Shown piece by piece: positions 1-11,981 of a DNA stretch of 64,000 nt. This DNA comes from Octopus sinensis. Its lineage: Eukaryota. A program made the position numbers and the translations under genes. The notes beneath the pieces were generated by a model. That model worked only from the letters and a program-made list of their open reading frames with translations, was not told the origin of the DNA and did not search any database. The stretch is from the NCBI RefSeq assembly GCF_006345805.1, contig NC_042997.1, positions 209,188,001 through 209,252,000 on the forward strand. Reading direction: 5' to 3'. The stretch's first letter is position 1. The number at the start of each line of letters is the position of its first letter.

Positions 1-321
1 CTGTTGTTGACGCAGTGTGCATCTACGTCTGAGTGATAGTCCTGTGGATCCCACATAGTCTTGGTGGCAGCCCGAGCATTTTATGACATAAATTATGTTT
101 TCAGAGGCACAAGTAAAGTTAGATTTGATCTTGAATTTCTGTCCCTGGATAAGAATTCTGTCTTCTGGATAAGAAGTGTTCTTTGTTTCCAGTGTTTCCA
201 TGTAAAATCATGCCTGGCCAAGGGGTAATATTACTTGGCTTGGAAACAGATGAGGGTTAGTGACAGGAGGGGCATAGAAAAATTACTATTTTTAAATCTC
301 CCAACAAGAGATATTCAGCAA

Positions 322-624
322 CAGTACTTTGGAGTAAAGATTATTTGCCAACATAACATGGCAGTCCTAGTTTAGGACGAATGTTGCTGTAATTTAGCCC
401 CAGGAGACATCGTCTCCAGCTGGCTATACAACACGATCTGCATCCTTATATTTTCGAACAAGGGAATCTAGCATCCCCACCCAAAAATAATGTTTGAAAA
501 TGTAAGGACACAGATCGTGTATAGCCAGCTGGAGACGATGTCTCCTGGGGCTAAATTACAGCAACATTTGTCCTAAAGCAGGACTGCCATGTTATGTTGG
601 CAAATAATCTTTACTACAAAACTG
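322..624. mobile_element. Foldback MITE-like element with ~135-bp terminal inverted repeats
   Basis: Left arm CAGTACTTTGGAGTAAAGATTATTTGCCAACATAACATGGCAGTCC... is the reverse complement of the right arm ...GGACTGCCATGTTATGTTGGCAAATAATCTTTACTACAAAACTG; spacer ~30 nt; no clear TSD. Confidence 0.75.
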
Positions 625-660
625 ACTTTGCCTGTACGTGTGCCATGTAAAATGCATTCA

Positions 661-838
661 GTTCACTCTGCAGGGTAAATGGTGTTAAGAAGGGCATCCA
701 TCCGTAAAACCCCTACCAAAACAGACACAGAAGTCTGGTGCAGGTTCCTACCTGGCCAGCCCCTGTCAAACCATCCAACCATGCCAGCATAGAAGGTAGA
801 CGTTAAATGATGATGATGATGATGATGATGATGATGTA
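661..838 (+). mobile_element. SINE-like family B copy with (ATG)n tail
   Basis: GAAGGGCATCCA...CCAACCATGCCAGCATAGAAGGTAGACGTTAAATGATGATG matches ~20 other copies in the window. Confidence 0.8.
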
Positions 839-1872
839 GGGGATGCATGTGTGTATGCATGTGTGTGTGTGTATCTGTGCAAAATAAACACACATATTTC
901 ACAAGGCATACATGATGTTTTGTGCAAAGCATTTGTCACTGAGAGTGATCTATAATTAAAAACTAATTGAAAACTTAATTAGATCTATGTCAAAAGCCTG
1001 TACAAGTGGAAATTAATAGAACCCACAATATACAGATACAAAGAACTTGTATGTGTGCATAAAACATTAATAACCATGTGTGTGTAGAGAGAGAGAGAAC
1101 AAAAGAAAGAATGAGTGAAAGCAAATGGAACAAGTGATGAGAGCGTGCGTGTGTGTGTGTGTGTGTGTGTAGATATCAAATATATTTATGTGTTTCATCA
1201 GACTTCTTCAGCTATGATTGCACATCCGCTTCAAAAGTATGTGTATATAGCACAAATGTGGGTCGTTATATAATGATAGATAATTACAGTACACACACCA
1301 CCCTCGCCCTCCTCATTTAACCTCTGCTTTCCATGCTGGCAAGGGTTGGCTAAAACTTGCTGAGGCAGATTTTCTATTGGCTGAAGGTTCTTCTGTTGCA
1401 AGCTTTTACTTGTTTCCAAGAAAGATAAAAACTTCCCCATGCTCACGTGTTTTTGTGGAAAATTGAAAACGAAGGCCACTGCTTGCACGACAGCAACACT
1501 CAACTATCACGTGATGCGAAGACAATGAAAGAGTAACACACACCATTATCATTGAACATCCATTTTCCATGCTGGCATGGGTTGGATGGTTTGACAGGAA
1601 CTGGCAAGGCCAGGGTCCACTGCCTGTTTTGGACTGGTTTCTACAGCTGGAGGCCCTTCCAAATGCCAACCCCTTTACAGAGTAGACTGGGTACTTTTTA
1701 CATGGCACCAAAAACCGTGCTTTTGAAGTGCTAGGGGATGAAATGTGGGTGGGGACAAAAGGCTGACAGGGCCGACAGGGTCATTAAGTACCTTACAAGG
1801 CAAAAGCCCCTCAACTGAGAGGGGGAGTAGTATTGAGTGGACGTGGTTTTGTGGAAGTTGAAAAATTTAAGG

Positions 1873-2120
1873 CAGCGTTTTTCAAACTGTGGGTCCCGAC
1901 CCTTCAATGGGTCACGAGATAAATAAAATGGGTCACGACAAAAAGAGAAAGAAAAGATGCAAGTGGGTGCAAAGTGGAGTATGTAAACGATCGAAATATT
2001 GCACTCATAAACCATTGCTAGGTTTACCGAGTAAATTTAATCCACATGGGTATAATGGGTCGCAATGCAAAATGTGTTTCTTGCTGTGGGATGCAGCAAA
2101 AAAAGGTTTGAAAAATACTG
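1873..2120. mobile_element. hAT (MER5/Charlie-like) MITE
   Basis: TIRs CAGCGTTTTTCAAACT / GGTTTGAAAAATACTG; 8-bp TSD ATTTAAGG / ATTTAAAG (7/8 match). Confidence 0.8.
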
Positions 2121-2180
2121 ATTTAAAGTATAGAAGGGACAAATATAGGTGTTTGCTGAAGAGTAGACACGTGGATACCT

Positions 2181-2409
2181 ATTTCTTTACTACCCACAAG
2201 GGACTAAACACAGAGAGGACAAATAAGGACAGACAAACAGATTAAGTCGATTATATCGACCCCAGAGCATAACTGGTACTTAATTAATCGACCCCGAAAG
2301 GATGAAAGGCAAAGTCGACCTCATCGAAATTTGAACTCAGAACGTAACGGCAGACAAAATACTGTTAAGCATTTCACCCGGCGCGCTATGTTTCTGCCAG
2401 CTCACCACA
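2181..2409 (-). mobile_element. tRNA-derived SINE family C (Deu/Nin-domain-like core)
   Basis: Core GAGGTCGACTTTGCCTTTCATCCTTTCGGGGTCGAT..AAGTACCAG; 9-bp TSD TGGATACCT at 2172-2180 and 2410-2418. Confidence 0.8.
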
Positions 2410-3027
2410 TGGATACCTCAGTTGCAAAAGAAAGGAGAGCAGTAAGATAAAGAGAACGATAGAATTAAGTAAATGTACAAGATTGTGTACCCTATGGTAA
2501 GCCTAAGTGAGATTGTACATTGGTTGGGGTAGAAATTCCATAAATACAGAACTGGTGCCTATTTTTAATCCAAGATGGCATATTTCCACTTTATGGTTTT
2601 TCACCAATCCATACAGAACATTGTTACTAAGTAAGTATATTAGTATAGCTCCCAGTACAGTGAGAACTTGTGACCTAATCTTTGAATTCACACAAACTAA
2701 TTCCCTGGAAGAGAGGAAGAATTGCCATAGACACAGGCATGGCTATGAAAAGAGGTCTGCTTCCCAACCACATGGTTCCAGGTTCAATCCCACTGCGTGG
2801 CACTTTATGCAAGTGTCTTCTACTATGGCCTTGGGTCGACCAAAACCTTGTGAATGGATTGAGTAAACATTTGCCCACTGTACCACACAGTGGGACTGAA
2901 CTCAAAACATAGACGGACAAACAGCCATTAAGCATTTTGCCTGGTGGGCTAACCACTCAGCCAGCTCACCATTTTATGCCTGCATCTATCTTCATTGAAA
3001 GAAAGACAGTGCATTTCAACAGAAACA

Positions 3028-3470
3028 GCATCATCATCATCATCATCATTTACTGTCTGCTTTCCATGCTGGCATGGGTTGGATGGTTTGACTGAGGACT
3101 GGTGAGCAAGAAGGCTGCACCAGGCTCCAATCAGATCTGGCAAAGTTTCTACAGCTGGATGCCCTTCCTAATGTCAACCACTCCAAGAGTGTAGTGGGTG
3201 CTTTTATGTGACACTGGCACGAGGGCCAGTCAAAAGGTGTTTTTTACGTGCTACCTGCACGGGACCCAGTCCAGCGGCACTGGCAACGACCATCCTCGAA
3301 TGTTGTTTTTCACTAGCACATGTGCTGGTAGGGCAATGCTGGCAACGATCACGCTCGAATGGTACTTTTCACATGTCACCAGCATGGGAGCCAATCCGTG
3401 GCCCTGGCAACAATCACGCTCAGATGGCGCTTTTAATGTTCCACTGGCATGAGTGCCAATCAAGCGGTAC
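3028..3470 (-). mobile_element. Family B copy with internal ~45-bp repeat array
   Basis: (CAT)n, then TTCCATGCTGGCATGGGTTGG...GCTGGATGCCCTTCCTAA, then repeated GGCAACGATCACGCTCGAATGGT units. Confidence 0.8.
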
Positions 3471-3715
3471 TGTCATCAGCCATGGCAACAAAAGGATTAA
3501 GGCATTAGGGATACACTTTGTGGGATATTTTGCTGCTATTTCCAGCTGGTCCAGCAACCTTATAGAGATTCCCTGCTTGGCATATTCTTGAGAGTTTGTT
3601 TTCAGGTTGAAGAATTGAAGTATGATTTGATCTAATCTTTGAACTGTATGAAAACAGAGACCCCAGAAGGGGTGGAGGAAGTAGAAAGTAAACTATTGTT
3701 TTTTATATGCTTGTT

Positions 3716-4184
3716 TTAACCCTTTTGTTATTGCATTTCTGTTGAGATGTTCTGTGTTTCTTCCGATTATTTTAAATATAACAAAGAATTTAGTAAAATA
3801 ACTTAGTTATCATTAAGCTGGTGTTAGGAACATAAATTGTGACTAAGGTTTGGTGGAGGATTTTAATTGAGAACTTTTGAAAACAAGACATTTGTACTCA
3901 GAGCCAGAGGCAGTTTCAGCCATGATGGTACGAAAAGGGTTAAATCAATCATTTGTTAACCCTTTTGTTACCATAATTCTGTTGAAATACTCTGTGTTTC
4001 TTTCAATTATTTTATATATAACAAAGAATTTAGTAACATAACTTAGTTATCATTAAGCTAGTGATAGGAACATAAATTGTGACTAAGGTTTGGTGGAAGA
4101 TTTTAATTCAAAACTTATGAAAACAAAACATTTGTACTACAGAGCCAGAACCAGTTTCAGCCAGGTTCATAACAAAAGGGTTAA
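3716..4184 (+). mobile_element. Dimer of ~225-bp piggyBac-like MITEs
   Basis: Each unit reads TTAA-CCCTTT...AAAGGG-TTAA; units 3716-3943 and 3956-4184; 12-nt spacer ATCAATCATTTG. Confidence 0.8.
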
Positions 4185-4554
4185 ATACTGAAGCATTGTG
4201 TGATGGGGCAGAAGTTCATAAAGGTAAAAACCTTGTCAATCACAAAACTGAACTGTGTTTGTCCCCCACTGAGAGACAACAAGGTTGAAATTCACTTCAA
4301 ATGGCTGAACATTCATACAAAATCCTGTTAAGACTTGTTACCAGAACTTCTAAATAGCAAAAAAAAAGACCTTGACTTAAAACTTCACCCTTTTTAAACT
4401 GGATAATAATTGTTGAATATCAAGTGATATTTAGTTATGAACCTATAAGTTTTGAGTTCATTTCCTACTGAGTTCACCATTTTGTCTTTTAATCTACCAC
4501 AGAAGGATGAAAGTTAAAGTACCAATGATTTGATAGTTGGCTTTCAGCAAGCAT

Positions 4555-4725
4555 TTTGGGAATCCCTTCCCCAGCATAGACCCTGTCTTCTTGCAATTTA
4601 TGAACAGACCCTTCCTCTCACTTTCTCAAACCATTACAGCCAGAAGTCTCTGAAGTTCCTTTTCTGATTCTGCTAAGTCACACTGTGTCGTCTGCATATC
4701 TTACGTTTGTGATATTTCTGCTATA
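4555..4725 (-). mobile_element. RTE-clade LINE reverse-transcriptase fragment (decayed)
   Basis: Minus strand translates NITNVRYADDTV-/-LAESEKELQRLLAVMV*ESERKGLFINCKKT; YADD at 4687-4698; frameshift and stop present. Confidence 0.85.
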
Positions 4726-4794
4726 TTTCCTGATATTTCGCATGGACGGAAAAGCATAATGCCAACAATACCCATTACATGACAATTAATACTA

Positions 4795-5231
4795 GTACGG
4801 TAGAGCCTCACAGTACGGGTGCCCCATTGCCCCCTCATCACGAAAAGGTTAATTAATTTAACCTAAGCTATAATATTTCAATTTGCTGTATGAACCAAGA
4901 CTCGTGTGAACTTTTGTCTCTAAGTACAAGTGAAAATCCACAGTACGAGCACACAAATCATCCCATCTTTAAAGAAATTCAGTTAATAAAACTAGTTTAC
5001 ATATTTCTTTTGCATTCTCTTTTACTTTATAATTATCATTTTACTTGTAACGACACCTTTTCTGTTTTAAAACTGATAAAAAAAAAATTTTTGAGTGGTT
5101 TTGTTGGGGGCTGGAACGGATTAATTATATTTTAGTTAATTACAATAGGGAAAATTGATTTGTAAAATGAGTAAATCGTAAAACGAATTCGGTCATGGAA
5201 CGAATTAAACTCGTACTGCGAGGTATCACTA
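4795..5231. mobile_element. pogo/Tigger-like MITE
   Basis: Ends TACGGTAGAGCCTCACAGTACG and CGTACTGCGAGGTATCACTATA are imperfect inverted repeats with TA flanks. Confidence 0.55.
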
Positions 5232-5619
5232 TATTCTGATAATGTGAATGGAATTCTAACAGAAGACCAAGACAATAACAAAAACAAAACAAAAAAACGT
5301 CCATTTTAAAGTTTTCATATTTTAATTAAAACTTCTTGGATAATTTAATTTCACAAACTTTTATCAATTCTTATTGTAAAAACTAGTTTAGTAATTAAAA
5401 ACTCAGTTATTTTATTAAATCCCACTGAATTTTTAATTATTTCCACAATAAAAACACACAGACTCAGTATGTTTAATTTGAAATGTCGTCATGAAAAGGT
5501 TAATTAATTTAACCTAAGCCATAATAATAATTACTTTGTAATAATTAATATACGGTTGTGTGTTTTAGGAAAAAGACTTCTTGTATCTAAAAGAGGACTG
5601 TCTGTCCATCTCTTCTCTC

Positions 5620-5970
5620 TCGCTATCTTTCTGTATATATGTACGTATGTGTGTATGTATGTGTCTGTCTGTCTGTCTCTTCCACAGTTCTTAAGTGAGA
5701 GTGAGATAAGAGATAAAAATGGCAGAGGGAGAGAGAGAGAAAGAGAGAAACAGGAAGAGTGTGTGAGAAAAGAGGAGAGAGGTAAGAAAATGGCTTCAGA
5801 GAGGATAAGAAAGAAAGAAAGAAAGTGAGAAAGAAAGAAAGAAAGAAAGAAAGAGATGAGTAGAATCAGAGACGTGTGAGAGTGGAGAGGTAAGACAGAA
5901 GTTGATGAAAGATGAGACAGGAATAGATGAAAGTGATGAAATGAAAGAAAATATAAATGAGAGAGAAAAT
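5620..5970. repeat. Compound (TATG)/(GA)n/(GAAA)n low-complexity tract
   Basis: Direct reading; accounts for the spurious ORFs 5531-6055 and 5556-5828. Confidence 0.9.
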
Positions 5971-6459
5971 ATTGGTTTCCAATTTTGGGGGAGGGGGTAA
6001 ACCGATTACCTTGACCCCCAGGACTCAACTGGTGCCAAATTTTATTGACCCCCAAAAGAATGAAAAGCTAAGTTGGTTCCAGTGGAACTTGAATCTCAGA
6101 ATGTGAAGGCAGACAAAACGTTGCTAGGCATTTTCCCTAGCAACTCACCATTTTGTGTGAGGGAAAATTTAATATTCAGTAAACAGGATGTTATTTCACA
6201 CTAAGTGAAAAACTGAGTGAGCAGACATGAGATTAAAGCATTCCAACCATGACCATCAGCATATATTTTTAGGCAAAACTTATCCTGTACTTCTTCAACC
6301 CAATGTGTCTGTGTTATAAAGTGGTAGCGAACGAGGAGATACTAGGCTGCTATTTCTAGCAGGTCAAGCAATTACAAAGAACAAGAATAGAACTTCCTAC
6401 CCTAGTTCTACAAAAGCCCTAACTGGACAATATATTCCATGGGATACAGGTCTCTTGTC

Positions 6460-6720
6460 TTGTCTTGAGACAGCATCCACCCGAGGTGGGTTGAGTTAGC
6501 TTCATTCATCCTCAATGCTGCATCTCTCACAAATGCTGACCAGACCTGGCGATTTGAGGCTAACGACTGCGTGATCTCCAACCACTTCTTATTCCAGCAG
6601 CAAACGCTGTAGATACGGGGGCCTAGGTTGGGTTCCAGATCAGCCTTGACTGTCATCAGCCAGGTTTTTCGTTGTCCACCACATTGCTTTCGCCAACCCT
6701 GAAGGGGAGCTGGGACAGTT
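6460..6720 (-). mobile_element. RTE-clade LINE 3' end
   Basis: Minus strand reads WRKQCGGQRKTWLMTVKADLEP..GPRIYSVCCWNKKW...LASNRQVWSAFVRD, then a (CAAGA)-type tail. Confidence 0.7.
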
Positions 6721-7065
6721 CAGGTATATAGGTGCAAGAATTACTGTGTGGTAAGAAGCTTGCTTCCCAACCACGTCGTTCTGGGTTCAGTTCCACTGCG
6801 TGGCACCTCGGGTAAGTGTCTTCTACTATGACCTTGGGCTGACCAAAGCCTTGTGAGTAGATTTGGTAGGTGGAAACTGAAAGAAGTCTGTCAGACATAT
6901 CACTATCATCATCATCATTTAACGTCCATCTTCCATGTTGGCATGGGTGGATGGTTTGACAGAAGGTGGCCAAGCAGGAGTCCTGCACCAGACTTCTGTC
7001 AGTTTTGGCGAGCTTTTTATGGTTGGGTGTCCTTCCTAACCCTAACCCAACAGAGTGGACGGATA

Positions 7066-7175
7066 TGTGTGTGTGTATGTATGTGTGTGTGTGTGTGTGT
7101 TTGTGTGTGTATGTATGTGTGTGTTTGTGTGTGCGTGTATTTGTGTGTGTATGTGTATGTTTGTGTGTGTATGTA

Positions 7176-7215
<40 letters not shown>
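7066..7215. repeat. Compound (GT)n microsatellite
   Basis: Direct reading. Confidence 0.95.
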
Positions 7216-7218
<3 letters not shown>

Positions 7219-7685
7219 ACCACTGCTGGAGAATTGGTGTTGGTGTGTTTACATCCCCATAACCTAGCAGTCCAGCAAATGAGACCAATAGAGCAAGTAT
7301 CAGGCTTTAAAAATATATTTTTAAATGGGACCCCAATTCATTTGGCTGAAAATTCTTCAAGGCAGTGTTGCAGCCAAGAAAAAGATAAAAAGATCTAACA
7401 GGATGGTCCTGGCTGGAACACCATCAGATCCTAGGTCTGCTTGGCACTAAACAACAACAACAACAACAACAAAAACACTTTGTTTTATTTCATTTTCATC
7501 CCATTTGCTGACTTCCTGGTCATTATGAAATATTTGACAGATTTAGATCAAGGAGGAATGTGTTTCCATGAGATAACCAAATATGGGCATCCATTGTGGC
7601 GCCCAGCGTGCGATCATTAGAACATACTCATTATAAATTTTTGGTAATTCATTCATGTAGCATAGATTTAGAGAAATTGCTTTAT

Positions 7686-8653
7686 ATCTATTTCTTTACT
7701 ACCTACAAGGGGCTAAACACAGAGGGGACAAACAAGGACAGGCAAAGGAATCAAGTCAATTACATCGACCCCAGTGCATAACTGGTACTTATTTAATCGA
7801 CCCCGAAAGGATGAAAGGCAAAGTCGACCTCGACGGAATTTGAACTCAGAACGTAGTGGCAGACAAAATACCTATTTCTTTACTACCCACAAGGGGCTAA
7901 ACACAGAGGGGACAAACAAGGACAGACAAATGGATTAAGTCAATTACATCGACCCCAGTGCATAACTGATACTTATTTAATCGACCCCGAAAGGATGAAA
8001 GGCAAAGTCGACCTCAGCGGAATTTGAACTCAGAACGTAAAGACAGACGAAATACCTATTTCTTTACTACCCACAAGGGGCTAAACACAGAGGGGACAAA
8101 CAAGGACAGACAAACGGATCAATCGATTATATCGACCCCAGTGCATAACTGGTACTTATTTAATCGACCCCGAAAGGATGAAAGGCAAAGTCGACCTCGA
8201 CGGAATTTGAACTCAGAACGTAGCGGCAGACAAAATACCTATTTCTTTACTACCCACAAGGGGCTAAACACAGAGGGGACAAACAAGGACAGACAAATGG
8301 ATTAAGTCAATTACATCGACCCCAGTGCATAACTGATACTTATTTAATCGACCCCGAAAGGATGAAAGGCAAAGTCGACCTCAGCGGAATTTGAACTCAG
8401 AACGTAAAGACAAACGAAATACCTATTTCTTTACTACCCACAAGGGGCTAAACACAGAGGGGACAAACAAGGACAGACAAACGGATCAATCGATTATATC
8501 GACCCCAGTGCATAACTGGTACTTATTTAATCGACCCCAAAAGGATGAAAGGCAAAGTCGGCCTCGGCGGAATTTGAACTCAGAATGTAACAGCAGACGA
8601 AATACAGCTAAGCATTTCGCCCGGCGTGCTAACGTTTCTGTCAGCTCACCGCC
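7686..8653 (-). repeat. Head-to-tail array of five family C SINE units (~184-bp period)
   Basis: Units start near 7686, 7867, 8050, 8233 and 8417; only the last carries the full head GGCGGTGAGCTGACAGAAACG. Confidence 0.9.
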
Positions 8654-8689
8654 TTAAAGGAAAATGAACATTAAATGATTAAAGCTGGT

Positions 8690-8894
8690 GCCACATGAGG
8701 AGTAACTTTGCTGGTGCCACATAAAAAGCACCCAGTACACCCCTTAAAACGACTGGCATTAGGAAGGCTGTCCGGCTGGAGAAGCCATGCTGAAACACAC
8801 AATTGGAGCCTGGTGCCAGCTACTGTCAAACTGTCCAACCCATGCCAGCATGGAAAATGGATGTTAAATGATGATGATGATGATGATGATGATG
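8690..8894 (+). mobile_element. Family B copy
   Basis: GGTGCCACATAAAAAGCACCC...CCAACCCATGCCAGCATGGAAAATGGATGTTAAATGATGATG. Confidence 0.8.
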
Positions 8895-9518
8895 AGTATG
8901 TGCGTGTGTAAAACTTTGTGTAGACATCACGTGATGGTTGCAAACGAGTATCTCTGTTATACTCATGAGGTTGTTCCTTTCCAGTCTTCCATGAAAAACA
9001 TGTCTGGAGAAATATTACCTTGCTTGGAAACAAGGTGAGGGTTGGTGATGATGACGATGATGATGACGATGATGATGAAGAGATTTATTGAAGTATGAAT
9101 ATCGACCATATTTGTAGCAAGACATATTCTAGTTTACGACTGGTGCCATCTGACACCCATTAACTTAACAATTCCAGTAGAAGTGCCACAGCTGAGAATG
9201 GTAAATATCTTTTCTGACATTTACATAAAATGAGATTTTTCTTCTCCTAGAAAAACATTTTGCAGTCAAGAAAACACTAACAGTACTTAAGTTCAGGATG
9301 TGTATAAACTGCTATACATATATATATATATATATATATGCTTTAACACTAAATTGGGTTGGTGGGGTTTACAAATACATAGATGTGTGTGTATGTGTGT
9401 GTATATATATACAGATAGATAGAGAGAGAGATAGATAGACAGACAGACAGATATATACATCAACAGAAATAGCCAGTGAAATCCTTCATTGTCTCTCTCT
9501 CTTTATTTTCTCTTATTC

Positions 9519-9554
9519 CTTTCTGTTGAAGAGCATAGACTCGAAATGTAAAAG
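9519..9554 (+). ncRNA. Minimal type-I hammerhead-like motif, family H2 (A6U variant)
   Basis: CTTT-CTGTTGA-A-GAGC ATAG ACTC-GAAA-TGTA-AAAG; stem I CTTT/AAAG; stem II one mismatch; palindromic ACGT decayed to ATGT. Confidence 0.5.
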
Positions 9555-10102
9555 ACTTTTCCGTTTTTCCCCCGAGTGTCAAACTAATACACTTGCTTGT
9601 TGTTCCTGCACCTGAACTCTCTCTATACACACACACACACACACACACATAAAATGGAGCTTGGTGTGATCTCTAGCCTTGCCAGCTCTTGTCAACCTGT
9701 CCAACTCATGCCAGCATAGAGAATGGATGTTAAATGATGATAATGATGATGGTGGTAAGGATGATGATGATGATGATATATCATCCTCACCATCATCATT
9801 TAGCATCCATTTTCCGTGCTGGCATGAGTTGGACAGTTTAAGAGAAGCTGGCCAACCAAAGGGCAGCTGTCCAGGTCCCACTTGTCTGTTCCAGCATGGT
9901 CTCTACAGCTGGATGCTGTTCCTAATGCCATCCACTTTACAGAGTGTCCACTGGGTACTTTTATGCAACACCGACATGGGTGCATTTTACGGGGCACCAG
10001 CACCTACAAGCCCACAAGATTAGGAATGTTCAGCTGGAGTGGGATGCAGGGGACACATGCCTATATGCAAGGAGAATCACTATTTTACTTAGTTTCACAT
10101 GC

Positions 10103-10169
<67 letters not shown>

Positions 10170-10474
10170 TTGAGTGTGGCAGTCGCCAATGCTACCTCAC
10201 TGGCTCCCGCGCCAGTGGCATGTAAAAAGCACCATTTGAACATGGGCGTTGCCACTACCGCCTGACTGGCCCTTGTGCCGGTGGCATGTAAAAAGCACCC
10301 ATTACACTCTCTTGGAGTGGTTGGCATTAGGAAGGGGCATCCAGCTGTAGAAACCTTGTCAGATCAGACTGGAGCCTGGTGCAGCCCTCTGGTTTGCCAG
10401 TCCTCAGTCAAACCATGCCAACATGGAAAGTGGATTTTAAATTACTATGATGATGCTAATGTTGATGATCATGA

Positions 10475-10475
<1 letters not shown>
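10170..10475 (+). mobile_element. Family B copy
   Basis: GGCATGTAAAAAGCACC repeats, GGCATTAGGAAGGGGCATCCAGCTGTAGAAAC, (ATG)n tail. Confidence 0.8.
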
Positions 10476-10517
<42 letters not shown>

Positions 10518-10862
10518 AAAGAAAACAGAAATAGGGAAAGCTGGTACCACGGCAACTATGACCAACATCTTAACCCATGCCACTATCGTCCACCACTACC
10601 ATCATGTGAAAATAGATCACAACAACCCTGACCAACACTTGGAAGGTTGCTGCTGCTGACTTAAGTGCCAAACAGTTTAAAACAGTGTTTCTCAATGTTA
10701 TTACCCTTACGTAACCCTTAAAATTACATGTCTTAAGGAACCCCTGCACAAAAGAAATTATATCCCATATCATTCTCGTATATTTTTCATCGTAGTTCAC
10801 ATGGACCAGCATGGAGGTACAGAGAACCAACACAAATCTACATAAAACCAAACCAAAAATGT

Positions 10863-11589
10863 TTAACCCTTTCGTTACCAACCCGGCTGGAACTGGTTCT
10901 GGCTCTGTGGTACAAATGTCTGGTTTTCATAAGTTTTGAATTAAAATCTTCCACCAAACCTTAGTCACAATTTGTGTTCCTAACATTAGCTGAATGATAA
11001 TGAAGTTATTTTAGTAAATTCTTTGTTATATTTAAAATTAATTGAAAGAAACACAGAGCATCTCAACAGAAATAAGCTGACAAAAGGGTTAACAAATGAT
11101 TAATTTAACCCTTTTGATACCAACCCAGCTAAAACCGCCTCAGGTTCTGTAGTACAAATAAATGTCTTGTTTCCATAAGTTTTGAATTAAAATCTTCCAC
11201 CAAACCTTAGTCACAATTTATGTTCCTAACACTAGCTGAATGATGACTAAGTTATTTTACTAAATTCTTTATGCTTAAAATCAATTGAAAGTAACACAGA
11301 GCATCTCAAAAGAAATATGGTAATAGAAGGGTTAAAATATATAATAGAGAAAGATTTTTTTAACCCTTCTGATACCAATCTGGCTAAAACCACCTCTGGC
11401 TCTGTAGTACAAATGTCTTGCTTTCAAAAGTTCTGAATCAAAATCTTCCACCAAACCTTAGTCACAATTTATGTTCCTAACACTAGCTGAATGATAACAA
11501 AGTTATTTTACTAAATTCTTTGTTATATTTAAAATTAATTGAAAGAAACACAGAACATCTCGACAGAAATACGGTAACGAAAGGGTTAA
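10863..11589 (-). mobile_element. Three piggyBac-like MITE units (dimer 10863-11335 plus single 11360-11589)
   Basis: Same family as 3716-4184 in reverse orientation; TTAA-CCC termini; spacer CAAATGATTAAT at 11093-11104. Confidence 0.8.
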
Positions 11590-11938
11590 TATGGTTGTGC
11601 ATTCAGAGTTGCTTCAGCCTGGGCTGTTCCTGCCAGCTCTTTACCTTCTCACCATGTGTAAAAGTTGTGTAGTAAGTAGCAATATCATTATCATCTCCTG
11701 GTTGGATTCACCCCTGCTACAAGACCCTAACAGAGGTGGGGAGCACGGGGACAAGGGGGTGGCAGGAAGAAAACATTTCACCTAGCAACAAGGGCATTCT
11801 ACCTTTCACCAGGCACGGGGGGGGGGGAGTCATCGGTTACTGAACCCCCCCTTCCACCCACCCTGTGTGACCCCCTAATCCCTTACACACACATACACAC
11901 AAAAACTGTTCCTGCCAAACTTTTAACAACTTCCTGCC

Positions 11939-11981
<43 letters not shown>

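Noticed and set aside
4843-5520. ~40-bp direct repeat AAAAGGTTAATTAATTTAACCTAAGC as LTR-like ends
   Set aside because: One copy lies inside the pogo-like MITE; more likely two related MITE fragments
8024-8657. Repeated ORFs NTYFFTTHKGLNTEGTNKDRQ
   Set aside because: Antisense frames of the SINE array, not a repeat protein
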